Below, in pieces: positions 11,485-22,665 of a stretch of 64,000 nucleotides of DNA. Numbering within the stretch: position 1 is the first letter of the stretch; each line of letters opens with the position of its first letter. Source of the stretch: Mobula birostris (Eukaryota); contig NC_092385.1 of the NCBI RefSeq assembly GCF_030028105.1, positions 38,468,774-38,532,773 of the forward strand, in the 5' to 3' direction. The translations under genes and the position numbers were made by a program. The notes beneath the pieces were generated by a model. It had not been told where the DNA came from, did not search any database, and saw only the letters and a list, made by a program, of their open reading frames with translations.

Positions 11485-12603
11485 TTAGGTTCTTTTGTCT
11501 GTTTGCGCTGAACAGTTAATTGCATCTACCATAAACAGTACGAAATCCTTCTTACTCATAATTAACGTGTCCTTATTTATCATATTACAACCTTCACAGT
11601 TCACCAGTTTATTATTCCCTGTACTTGTTTGCTTGATAGCCTTTTGTCCAGCAAATGCTTTCACTGCCTCTACGTAACTGATCCCTTGAGTTACTTTTAC
11701 ATATTGTATGTCAGCTTTTTTCTTGCTAATAATGCACCCTTGATAAGCTGCACTGTGTTCCTCACCACAATTGCAGCATTTCAGCCTAGCTCCCGCCTCA
11801 CATTTCCCATATTCATGCTCTCCGGCGCACCTTCCACATCTTTGTTTCCCTCTGTAGACCGCAGCAATATGCCCAAATTTCTGACATTTAAAGCATCTTA
11901 AAGGCGGTGGTATATATATTCTGACCTCATAACACATATACCCTAAATAAACTTTAGTCGGCAATCTCTCTTCATCAAAGTTGATCATAACCGATAAACG
12001 ATCACACTTTTTCCCGTTTCTTGTAACTTTCAAACGTTTGGCCTCAATAATTTTTGCTCCTTTTACGTTCTGTTTAATCTCATCCATTGTAACTTTTGTT
12101 GGTATACCTGAGATAACTCCTCTAGTCCACTTTCTATTGTTGAGTATTGAGCATTGTACTTTTTTGCCATCTATTTTATTTAATCTTATCACTTTGTCTT
12201 GTTGAGCACTGTCCCGACAAATCATTAATAGCGATCCATTTTGTAAAATCTTTGCTTTTTTGATTTCACCTATAAGTTTGTTGGTTATCTTCGTCAAATG
12301 AATCGGGTTCCATTCACCAAAAGACGCTCCGTCTTCGCTCAGTGTTATAATTGCTTTAATCTCATCTTCTTTCCATTGTTTTGCTATCCTATTTTGTTTG
12401 TCCCCCGACTCCTTAGAGTTTGACATCTCATACCTCGGTTTCCTTTCCTCACTCTCTTCATTCCATTCCTCTATCTCAAACTCACTTTCACTATCCGCCA
12501 ACCTGTTCATCCCACAGGATATTTTCTTCATCAACTCAGCAATTGCAGCCTCCGTGCTCTTTTCCAACTCCACCAGCCAACTCAAATTTCCAACTCCAGC
12601 CAA
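11485..12603 (-). CDS. ORF1 gag-like nucleic-acid-binding protein of copy C (372 open codons; the stop is probably premature)
   Basis: WNPIHLTK, ILQNGSLLMIC, RGVISGIP, LPTKVYLGYMCYEVRIYIPPPLRCFKCQKFGH, CGRCAGEH, CCNCGEEH. Homology continues past the TAA as KIKIIVKSAEKYLGI. The start codon is uncertain (TTG in the track). Confidence 0.75.
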   Translation of the reverse strand: MAGVGNLSWLVELEKSTEAAIAELMKKISCGMNRLADSESEFEIEEWNEESEERKPRYEMSNSKESGDKQNRIAKQWKEDEIKAIITLSEDGASFGEWNPIHLTKITNKLIGEIKKAKILQNGSLLMICRDSAQQDKVIRLNKIDGKKVQCSILNNRKWTRGVISGIPTKVTMDEIKQNVKGAKIIEAKRLKVTRNGKKCDRLSVMINFDEERLPTKVYLGYMCYEVRIYIPPPLRCFKCQKFGHIAAVYRGKQRCGRCAGEHEYGKCEAGARLKCCNCGEEHSAAYQGCIISKKKADIQYVKVTQGISYVEAVKAFAGQKAIKQTSTGNNKLVNCEGCNMINKDTLIMSKKDFVLFMVDAINCSAQTDKRT

Positions 12604-12804
12604 CCCCTGCCATTCTGATTAGCCCGAGCTTTTTTTAATTGGCTACTGTTAATTAGCTTATTAACTAACTAATAATCAAGTATTAACTAACAATTTGCAA
12701 ACCTCTATAGGGTCCTGTTTAGTGAAACTCATCAACAAGTCCCCTCACTCCTCTCACTCCAAGTCCTGGTTTGTCAATTTACTTTTTTCACAATTGACTT
12801 CCAG

Positions 12805-13020
12805 TTCATAGAAATACATGGGATAGGAACAAGCCTCTCACACCAACATGTCTCCTCTGACCATGATGTCGATTTACCTAATCCTATCTGTCCGCAATGG
12901 TCCATAGCCCTCTATTCTTTACTTCTTCAAGTGTCTGTCTAAATAGCCTCTTAACTACTGCTATCAAATTTGCTCCTACCACCTCCACAGGCAATAGATT
13001 CCAGGCTCCTACCACTCTCT
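12805..13020 (-). mobile_element. Old CR1 3' end fragment
   Basis: catagaaataca... tail and gcaatagattccaggctcctaccactct, typical of CR1 3' ends. Confidence 0.55.
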
Positions 13021-13449
13021 TACAAGATCTTGTCTTGCACACTTTCTACTCCCCCCCTACCACCTCACCTAAAACCATATTTAAGGAAACAGGTGCCTAG
13101 CAAAATGAGAAGCTGAGAGTGAGAGTGGGAAGATATTCATTCAACTCTTTTCAATTAATTAATCAGATTTATAATAGAAAGTTTCTAGTCAAGAAGATTC
13201 TAGTCTCCTTGTCAGCTATTAAGAGGCACAAACTACAAAAATATTTAAATGTTCTCAATTTCTACTGAAGCACAATCGGTTTGTAAATGATAAGGTTCTG
13301 ATTAGACAGTGAAATTATTAACAAAAATATGTTTGCTGTGTATCCAAAGTGAAATAGTTCCTGGATGGGAGACACTGCGGGCGGAGGTCGCCTGGAAGGG
13401 TGGGGATCTTCAGCACTTGAGCTCGTGGTTGTAATGTTGCCCAGGGCCA

Positions 13450-15720
13450 CCAACCTGAAATGAATTTTGTGAGGACAGATTAACTTCTGGAGCTGTGACT
13501 GGAGAGGAAATGGCAGGTAGTGAGTGGGAGATGGAGTATGGCGGCAGAAGTGGGAAGGAGGATGATAATTGACTGGTAGTTAAAGGATGTAGGAGAAAGC
13601 AGGAACATTGTGTAGGGAGCAAACTTAGTGATTGTGAGGAATGGTGTGACACTGATAATTCAAGGTATCGATGAAGATTGACTGCTCCTAGTAGTTCTCC
13701 TAATCCGATTTGGTTAACTTCTGATCTTACAAACATGCTGGGGGATATAGTGCTTGTCTGCTTTGAGATGGGAAGTTGCTGGTACTGTATACGAAGGGAT
13801 AGAGCCTTGACTTTGAAATCTGTAGGTGGTATGAATGTACCTATTTCACTGTTTATGGAAGGACAGTGGATGATTGTAGTGATATGGGGAGGTCCTTTAG
13901 ATGTTTCAGTGGACCAGATAAAAGAGAATTTGAAAGGGGGAAAAGTGATAGAAGCAAAAAGGTTAAAGTTTCAGCATAGAGTACGTAAAGATAATCTTTT
14001 GGTTAAGGTTAAACTTGACAGTAGTTTATTGTCAAATAGAGTGTCTTTCGGTTTTATGGGTTATGGGGTTCAGGTGTTGGTGCAGCTTCTTAGATGTTTT
14101 AATTGTCAGAAATTTGGACATGTAACTGCTGTGTGCCATGAGAAGAAATGTTGCAGTAAGTGTAGTGGTGAACATGACTACAGAGTCTGTAATAATGGTG
14201 TTAAGCTGAAATGTTGTAATAGTCATGGTGAACATAATGTTGCATATTGAGGGTCTGCAGCTTGTAATAAAGTGAAACTGAAATCTGGTATGTCGTATGC
14301 TGAATCCCTAAAGAAGTTCAAGGAAGTTGATAAGGTTATGCCTTGTCATACCCCTGTCCAATAAGAAATTGTTTCTCCAGCTCTCTCATTTATTACTAAT
14401 GAAACTTCAATAGAAGCTAAGGTAAGATTTCTCGCCTTTATGGCTGATGTAGTCAACTGTACTTCTCAAGCTGAGAGTCGAACAGAGAAAACAAAAATTA
14501 TTTTTTGAAGGCTGCAGTTAAGTATCTTGGTATTGCAGGAATGTCATTAGAGATAGTAAGGTAAGTGTTACGGGGTTGAACCTCAGTTGATTAATGGTGC
14601 TTACTATTTTACAGTGGAATTCCAGGATTTTGATTGCTAATGGTCAGAAATTTAAAGTTTGTGGAGGATATGCCTTCTCTTCCAGGTGCTATCTGTATTC
14701 AACAGACTTGGTTAAAACCTCAGTTTGACTTTGCTTTACAGGGATATGATGTATTATGGAGAGATCATGATTTGGGTGCTGGGGATGGTGTTGCTACTTT
14801 TATCAACAATTGGAGAAGGTATAGGGTGGGGCAGATAGGCGATTCTTATGAGTTTGTGTGTGGTAGAAATATGGGATAAGTGTAAGAAATTAGTGGTAAT
14901 TAATTTTTATAATCCCTATGATGAATTAACCTTTGTAGTGTTGGAGACTGTTGGGGGGGTCATAGGACTCAGAGACTAGATTGGTGTGGAGATTTTGATG
15001 CACACGGAACACTGTGGGGTGCAGTACAACGGATGCTAATAGTTAAAGTGGTGGAGGATTTCTTGGATAGTCATTGTTTGATGTGTCTTAATGGTGGTAG
15101 AGGAACTAGATTTGACATTTGGGAAAAAACAGTGTCTGCTACTGATCTCACATTGGTATCTGATTCTATTGCAGATATCCCAGAGTGGGATATTTACAAG
15201 AAGAGCTTGTTAGGGAGTGATCATTTCTTGATCAAGTGCATGGTAGGCATGGAACTATATAGGACTGAGAGCTCTTCTGTTCCTAGATGGAACTCTAGGC
15301 ATACAGAATGGGATAAATTTGAGAAATTATGTGAAATTATATAGTCTTTTAAAAATAATAATTTTGAACTTTTTAGTAATGTCCTATATCAAATAGCTGT
15401 GTATTCAATTCCTAAAGTAGCTGGTTATGGCAGGAGAAAGGTTGTGCCTTAGCGAACAGATGTCTGCGTTCAGGCAGTGAAAGATAGAAACAAGGCCTTT
15501 AATAAATGTAAAAAGTTTTATTTCGTGGAATATTTGTTTCAGTATAAACGAGTACAAGCGTCAAATACTGCAGCAGTATTGGTAGGGAGATTCCAGAAGG
15601 CAAAGTGTGGGGTATGATTCGGAAGATGAGAGGTGTGAGGCAGAGCAGAGTCCTTCCAGTCTTGTGTTCTGGGGAGAAAATGAGCTGTATTGGAAGTGAA
15701 AACTAATGCTGTTAGTTACA
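13450..15720 (+). mobile_element. I/Nimb-clade LINE copy D (ORF1 plus APE, 3'-truncated, decayed)
   Basis: ORF 13678-14250 DQIKENLKGGKVIEAKRL..LRCFNCQKFGHVTAVC..CSKCSGEH; ORF2 start at 14594 MVLTILQWNSRILIANGQKF; ICIQQTWLKP; DLTLVS..LGSDHF; no RT or tail follows. Confidence 0.85.
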
Positions 15721-18254
15721 TTTTTTTCAAATAATAAACCAACACTCTTCGTAAATACTGGGAGAAGAGAAATGATTAGCACAGACTTCTTGCCATTGAT
15801 AGATTCCCTTTTCCTGATTATTGTCTCAGGCAAAACATTTTACTTGTACTATGGAAATCTTTTATTGAACTTGTATTCTATCCAGTACAGAGATCAGTTA
15901 CATCCAGATCCAGTTACCTCCAGACTCAAAACAACTGCAATCCTCTCCTGTACAGCCACCGTTCCACTACTGTCTGTAATCTTTAGTTAACTATTAACAA
16001 TGCACATCCCATGGCCATATGCATTCACTTATTGACTCTATGGAAGATTTCCGTTAACACCTGGTCTCCCTACATCCATGACACCTCCATTTGCTCTCCT
16101 TACTGCATAGTTTCACTCTATCTACTATGTTGTCCCTAACTTCTTCCAGTTCTAAAACTTAGCGAACTCACCATTCTTCTGACTCATACCATCTCCTCTT
16201 GCTATTGTTGGTGGTTGTACCTTCAGGCCTGGATTTATCTTCCTGTATTTCCATGCTCCTTGACAGATTTCTTTAAAACCTACTCATTTGAAAGTACAAG
16301 TCATTACTAGGATATGAATTCATGAATTATAGACACTTCCTACATAAGAACAAACTCCCATAATAATTCATTTAAAATCTGATATATGTTAATTCCTACA
16401 AACAGTAGAACCAATTTCTCTCTCTGTGTCCACCTTTAGTAATTGTTTATTCTAATCAGTCTTATGTGCTTTTGATGCCATTCATTACAATACTGTGGAG
16501 GCAGAGTTACCATATTGAGTGATTTTTGTGAATTTTCTGACTTATGGGCAAAGCTGATTTATATGTAGATGTCTGTAAAAATGGAACATTTTGTTACCCA
16601 GGGAAGGCCTGTGTTGAACATTCCTCGCAATACCTCCTTTGACTTTACACTCATTTGATTTTAGTTATACACTTGTGAATCTTCTTTTCAATGTAAGTAC
16701 AATAATGGTAGTAATAATCCTAACCTTGGGATATGAAAGCATTTGTCATGCATATTGTAAGCTATGTGTTGAATTTAGAGTCCCATTCACTTGCCTTATC
16801 AAGTATCCATGTGGGATAAATTTTGAACTGAATGTGAAATACATTTTATTTCTCTCACTTTTAATTCATGTAGAAAGAAATTTAAACTTTTTGACTAAAT
16901 TTTATCAAGGATGAATCTTCTCTTCAATGGGAAAAGTTTGGGCCACATGCTCGCAATGTACAGCCAATATTAGAAGCATTCTTTCTTCAGGTTATTCATA
17001 ATCTGATGGTAAGCAATTATCCTTGATTCCAAATACAGCATCACCAAAAATAGCTGCAAACTTATTTTCATTCTGTTGTTACTGGAATGAATTCAGTTCA
17101 AACCATTCATGGTTACATAGTTAAATTTTTCCCCATAAACTTTATCTGCTTTATGCAGGAGAAGGTTCTGTATATGTTTGGATATACATATACGCAAAGT
17201 TGTCTCCCAAAAAATTAGAAATGACAATGCCTGGAAAGTGAGGATAGGAATATGCTTACACTCCAAATATTTTAATTAAGGTCATTTTCTGCTTCTGTGC
17301 CTTATGAGGTCCTATATACTTCATAGACATGTTCTGACCCCAAATTGGATTGAAATTCCATGCATTTTCACTTTAAAGATTGCTGCCTTTGGGAAATCTT
17401 CATGAAATGTTACCAGATTCAGACTGAATGCTGAATCCAGTCTTAAGTTGAGAGACTAATTTCATTACAAGTGTGAATCATTTAGTTTAATGCTAAATCC
17501 TTTTATTTATTCATAACAAGTTGTCATTACCAAGGCCCACAATTATTATCCATCCAGAATTGTTCCTGAATGAAGTTTCTTGTCGAACTATTTTAGATGG
17601 CTGTTAAAATCCATTCACTTTCATCCTGAACGCACCCCAAGTAGAAGTTATATGTATGTAGACTGAGAATGCAATAATATTGCACACATTCTTTTTTAAT
17701 CAAGCAAATGCAAAACCACAAATACAAGACAAATACTGTATATGTCAAATTCTGATAAATCATAAACATCCATATAAAGTAGTTTATTTGCTGATTATGT
17801 GAGCAGAGATGTGAAGAAATGATTTCTTTCCCTTTTAAATTAATATGTACTTTCAATAAAATTGGAACGTTCAATTTTAAAACATTTCAAAAAAGGTACA
17901 TCAATTAGGTTTACTGCAAAATATTTTTCATGAGACAGAAATAGAAATGGGAATTTGGCCCATCGAGTCTGCTTAAGGAGATCATGGCTGATTTGCTGCT
18001 TTTCTGACACTTCCTTATACCTTTCTCATAATATCAAAATCTGATCAATTTCTTATCTGCATATAATTCAGTGACTGGATATTTACTTATTATTTCGGTA
18101 TGAAAATGTCTACCCTTTCTTCTAAAACTCTGATTCATATTTTAAACTGTCCATTTGGAGCAACTTCCTCTCAGCCCTTAACGATTCTTTCCCAGTAGTG
18201 CTTTCTAAAATGCTGGAAAATAATCAGTAATTCAAACTAGCCGCAAGGATATTT

Positions 18255-18640
18255 TGGGTGGTGTAGTGGAGATACGTCCCCACCAAAGGAAGTCTAAAGT
18301 GATTCTTCCCTCTGCTAGTCTGCAGGTCACCCTTGGGCAAGGTATCGCGGGTTGCTTAGCCTCTCAGTCAGGGTCACGTAAAGCCATGGGAGTGGGTGGC
18401 GGATGGTCATATGAGCAGATGGTGCCAGTCATAAGTCGTGGTACCGTAATGCGACTGCTGCTGTCAGACTGCCAGTCTCTGAAGAGTATTGATGATGGCT
18501 GTGGTCACCCATCCTCTAGAAACTCTGCCCAGAAGAAGGCAGTGGAAAACCACTTCTGTAGAAAAATTTACCAAGAACAATCATAGTTATTGACCATGAT
18601 TGCCTATGTGATATGACATGGCACCTAATGATGATGGTGA
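18255..18640 (+). mobile_element. Short non-autonomous RTE-type retroposon or SINE
   Basis: 11-bp TSD caaggatattt at 18244-18254 and 18641-18651; (ATG)n-like tail; RTE-like 3' motif ggcagtggaaaaccacttctgta. Confidence 0.65.
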
Positions 18641-18809
18641 CAAGGATATTTAATTAAAGTAAAGCTTACAGTAGCAAGGCAGCATTCTTTTTTACTGTTG
18701 GTTTCTCTGTTGAAATAGACAAACTCTTTGACAAGTTCCACATTGAACAATGTTGCATCAACGTAGGAAGCAGTTGATTATATGTTAAAATTTTTAGGAC
18801 TGTAACCAT

Positions 18810-20990
18810 TATTACAAATAAGAAATTTTCAAAGGGAAGAAGGACACTACCATGGGTGACAAGTGAAGTCAGAGCCAAAGTGAAAGCAAAAGAGAGGGCA
18901 TACAAGGAAGCCAGAGCTAGTGGGTAGAGGATTGGGAAACTTTTAAAAACTTGCAGAAGGAAGCTAAGAAGGTCATTGGGAAGGAAAAGATGAATTATGA
19001 AAGGAAGCTGGTGACTAATATCAAAGAAGATACTGAAAGCTTTTTTAAGTATATAAAGGGTAAAAGAGAATCGAGGTTAGATATAGGGCCAATACAAAAT
19101 GACGCTGGAGATATTGTATTGAGAGATGCAGAGGTGAAGAGGAACTGAATGCGTATTTTGCATCAGTCTTCACAGTGGAAGGCATATGCATTCAAGATTG
19201 TCAGAGAAGTCAAGTATGTGCAGTGAAAATTACGACAAAAAGGTGTTCAGGAAGCTTAATGGTCTGAGGGTGGATAAATCTCCTGGACCTGATGGAATGC
19301 ACCCTCAGGTTCTGAAGGAAGTAGCTGGAGAGATTGCAGAGGCATTAGCAATGATCTTTCAAGAATCAATAGTACCAGATGACTGGAAAATTGTGAATGT
19401 TAGTCCACTATTTAAGAAGGGTGGGAGGCAGCAGAAAGGAAACCATAGACCTGTAAGCCTGACATCAGTGGTTGGGAAGTTGTTGGAATTGATCGTTAGG
19501 ATGAGATTACTGAGTACCTGGAGACACAAAGCCGGCATGGTTTCCTGAAAGGAAAATCCTGCCTGACAAACCTACTGCAATTCTTTGAGGAAATTACAAG
19601 CATGGTAGACAAAGGAGATGCAGTAGACGTGCTGCACTTGGATTTTCAGAAGGCCTTTGACAAGTTGCCACATGTGAGGCTGCTTAGCAAGATAAGAGCC
19701 CATGGAATTATAGGAAGTTACTAGCATGGGTGGAGCATTGGCTGGCCGACAGAAAACAGAGTGTGGGAATAAAGGGATCCTATTCTGTTTGGCTGCCAGT
19801 TATCAGTGGAGTTTCTGCCTGACAAACCTAATGCAATTCTTTGAGAAAATTACAAGCATGGTAGACAAAGGAGATGCAGCAGACATGGTGTACTTGGATT
19901 TTCAGAAGGCCTTTGACAAGTGGGACTGATGCTTTTTATGATGTATGTCAATGATTTGGACTATGGTATTAATGGATTTGTGACTAAATTTGCCGATGAT
20001 ACAAAGATAGGTGGCGGAGTGGGTAGTGTTGAGGAAACAGAGAGCCTGCAGAGAGACTTAGATAGTTTAGGGGAATGGACAAAGAAGTGGCAAATGAAAT
20101 ACAATGTTGGAAAGTGTATGGTCATGCACTTTGGTGGAAGAAATAAATGGGCAGACTATTATTTAGATGGGGAGAGAATTCAAAATGCAGAGATGAAAAG
20201 GGACTTGGGAGTCCTTGTGCAAGATACCCTAAAAGTTAACCTCCAGGTTGAATCGGTTGTAAAGAAGGTGAATGCAATGTTGGCATTTATTTCTAGAGGT
20301 ATAGAATATAAGAGAAGGGATGTGATGTTGAGGCTCTATAAGGCACTTGTGAGATGACACTTGGAGTATTGCATGCAGTTTTGGGCTCCTTGTTTTAGGA
20401 AGGAGATACTGACATTGGAAAGGGTTCAGAGAAGATTCACGAGAATGATTCCAGGAATGAAAGGGTTACCATATGAGGAACGTCTGGCAGCTCTTGGGCT
20501 GTATTCCCTGGAGTTCAGGAGAATGAGGAGGGATCTCATAGAAATATTCTGAATGTTAAAAGACCTGAACAGATTAGATATGGCAAGCAACACACACAAA
20601 AAATGCTGGTGGAATGCAGCAGGCCAGGTAGCATCTACAGGAAGAGGTGAAGTTATTTCCCATGCAGGGGATTCTAGGATAAGAGGGCACGGCTTCAGGA
20701 TTGAAGGACGTCCATTTAGAACTGAGATGTGGAGAAATTACTTTAGTCAGAGGGTGGTAAATCTGTGGAATCTGTTGCCACGAGCAGCCATGGAGGCCAA
20801 GTCACTGGGTGTATTTAAGGTAGAGATAGATAGGTTCTTGATTGGCCAGGCCATCAAAGGGTATGGGGTGAAGGCAGGGGAGTGGGGATGACTGAAAGAA
20901 TTGGATCAGCCTATGATTGAATGGCAGAGCAGCCTCAATGGGCCGAATGGCCTACTTCTGTTCCTATATCTTATAGTCTTATGGTCTTAC
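18810..20990 (+). mobile_element. CR1 LINE, 5'-truncated (ORF2 RT), decayed
   Basis: KSPGPDGMHPQVLKE, WKIVNVSPLFKKG, HRPVSLTSVVGK, YLDFQKAFDK, KFADDTKIGG, LERVQRRFTRMIPG; tail cttatagtcttatggtctta. Confidence 0.95.
20586..20650 (-). mobile_element. Penelope-like terminal fragment inserted in CR1
   Basis: gcaacacacacaaaaaatgctggtggaatgcagcaggccagg matches the repeat at 21190 and 57045. Confidence 0.6.
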
Positions 20991-21189
20991 GTGTCATATA
21001 TTTCACAAAAGACTTGAATTTTACACACTTGTAAGTTCACTTCTGATTCTTCTGAACTTTGTAAGCATAATTGTAATCATAATCCCAATGAATTAAATAT
21101 TTTTATGTTTCAACAACAACAAACTATTCATAATAAAAATAAATATACAAAAGAAGAAAGAGTGCAAAAAACTTTTACAGTCATTGTTA

Positions 21190-21722
21190 TAAACACAAGA
21201 GACTCGGCAGATGCTGGAAATCCAGAGCAACACACACAAGATGCTGGAAGAACTCAGCAGGCCAGGCTGCATCAATGGAAATGAATGAAAAGTCAACATT
21301 TTGGGCCGACACCCTTCATTGCTAATGGAAAAGAAGGGGGAAGAAGCCAGAATAAGAAGGTGGGTTGAGAGGAATGGGTACACGCTTGAAAATTACAGGT
21401 GAAGCCAGGTGGCTGGGGGAGGGAGATAAAATAAGTAGCTAGGTGGTGATAGGTGGAAATGGTTAAGGGCTGGAGAAGGGCTGATCAGAGAGGAGGATGG
21501 AGAAAGGAAGGAGGAGGGGCACCGGGGGAGATGGTAGGCAGCTGAAGCTAAGAGAAGAGGTAAGAAGGGGGCCAGAGTGGGGAATTGAAGAATAGGGAAG
21601 GGGGTAATCGATGTTCATGCCATTATTTTGGAGCCTGCCAAAACGGTAGCAAGAATCTTTTACATTCAGTTATAAACGTAAGAGGTGTTGCTCTTCCAAC
21701 CTACGGGTGGTCTCATCATGGC
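21190..21722 (-). mobile_element. Penelope-like element terminal fragment
   Basis: Same sequence family as 57045-57460, which is contiguous with GIY-YIG and RT remnants. Confidence 0.7.
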
Positions 21723-21899
21723 AGTACAATCATAGGTGTTAAATTCAGTAGTGTAAACCCTTTTTTAAAAGAAAAAAAAAACTAACAAATATAAGTTCAT
21801 GCCAGTCATGTGCCCACCACCCCCGCCCTGAAATGAATTACCATTTTCATTATTCGAGGGATTTCACTCCCAACCCATCTCTGCCCCTCCACATGCAGT

Positions 21900-22665
21900 A
21901 GCAAAAGGTGCATTTACTCTGGTCTGTCCCCATAGAGACTTGGCATTAGCTGCACTAAGCAGCAGTACTTCCCTCAGTACCTTCTCCTGCAGCATTCCCT
22001 TACAGATATTTCATGTGCTGAAAAACCAAGAGGTTTTGGGCAGATCAAAGGGGGTCTTTAACCAATGATGATCTTCCAGCTAAATTTGATGTCTGCCTTG
22101 GTGTGAGTTCCTGGGAACTGCTCATAAATCAGGGAATACTTTGTTTCACAGCTGACATGAGCATGGGCCCTTGGCATCCATCTCCACAGCTGCTTTTGAG
22201 ATGCACCATCTGCAAAGATGTAGGTGACCATATCTTCCCCTCAGCAGTTATCTCGAAGATAGCAAACATTGGAGGAGATATGTTATCTATATGGGAAGTA
22301 TCAGACAGGGAGGGCCTCCGTCACTGCCAGTCAAGTGAGATCTGCTGATGAGGCATTCTGCCAGATGGTTTGGATAATCTGCTCAGGAACCTTCTCACTG
22401 TCTCCATGGGGAGTCTGTCCTGCAGTATCTGCAGGAAGTTCCATGTTGACCACTGTCTGAGGACTTGTGGTTAAAGGTGTTTATTTGGAAGAACTCTACC
22501 ACAAAGGACATATAGTCCAGCAGACTGGGGTGTTGCACAGACCTATCTACTGTAAACCAGGGACAGGTAAAACATTAGCACGTAGTGACACTTAGTGCTC
22601 ACATACAGTACTTGGTTCTACACAGCCTGATACAGCCACACATGAAGATCAGGATGAAGCAACAT
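21900..22665 (-). mobile_element. Tx1/L1-like LINE ORF2 C-terminal remnant
   Basis: Minus-strand fragments read ILIFMCGCIRLC, TKCHYVL, FPEQIIQTIWQNASSADLT and VTYIFAD, which resemble the Tx1-clade ORF2 C-terminus; heavily decayed. Confidence 0.6.

Larger units (their letters stand above)
10632..12608 (-). mobile_element. Non-autonomous chimeric Nimb-type retroelement, copy C (ORF1, APE stub, foreign coiled-coil segment, B-type 3' tail)
   Basis: 12-bp TSD gccattctgatt at 10620-10631 and 12609-12620; (GAA)n tail; 10632-10710 is 76/79 identical to the B tail at 5396-5474; no RT sequence between the TSDs. Confidence 0.85.

Noticed and set aside
11485-12603. ORF1 of copy C as a domesticated host gene
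   Set aside because: It retains TSDs and a tail, has a probable nonsense codon, a Cys-to-Tyr change in the first knuckle and no clear in-frame ATG; better explained as a TE copy.
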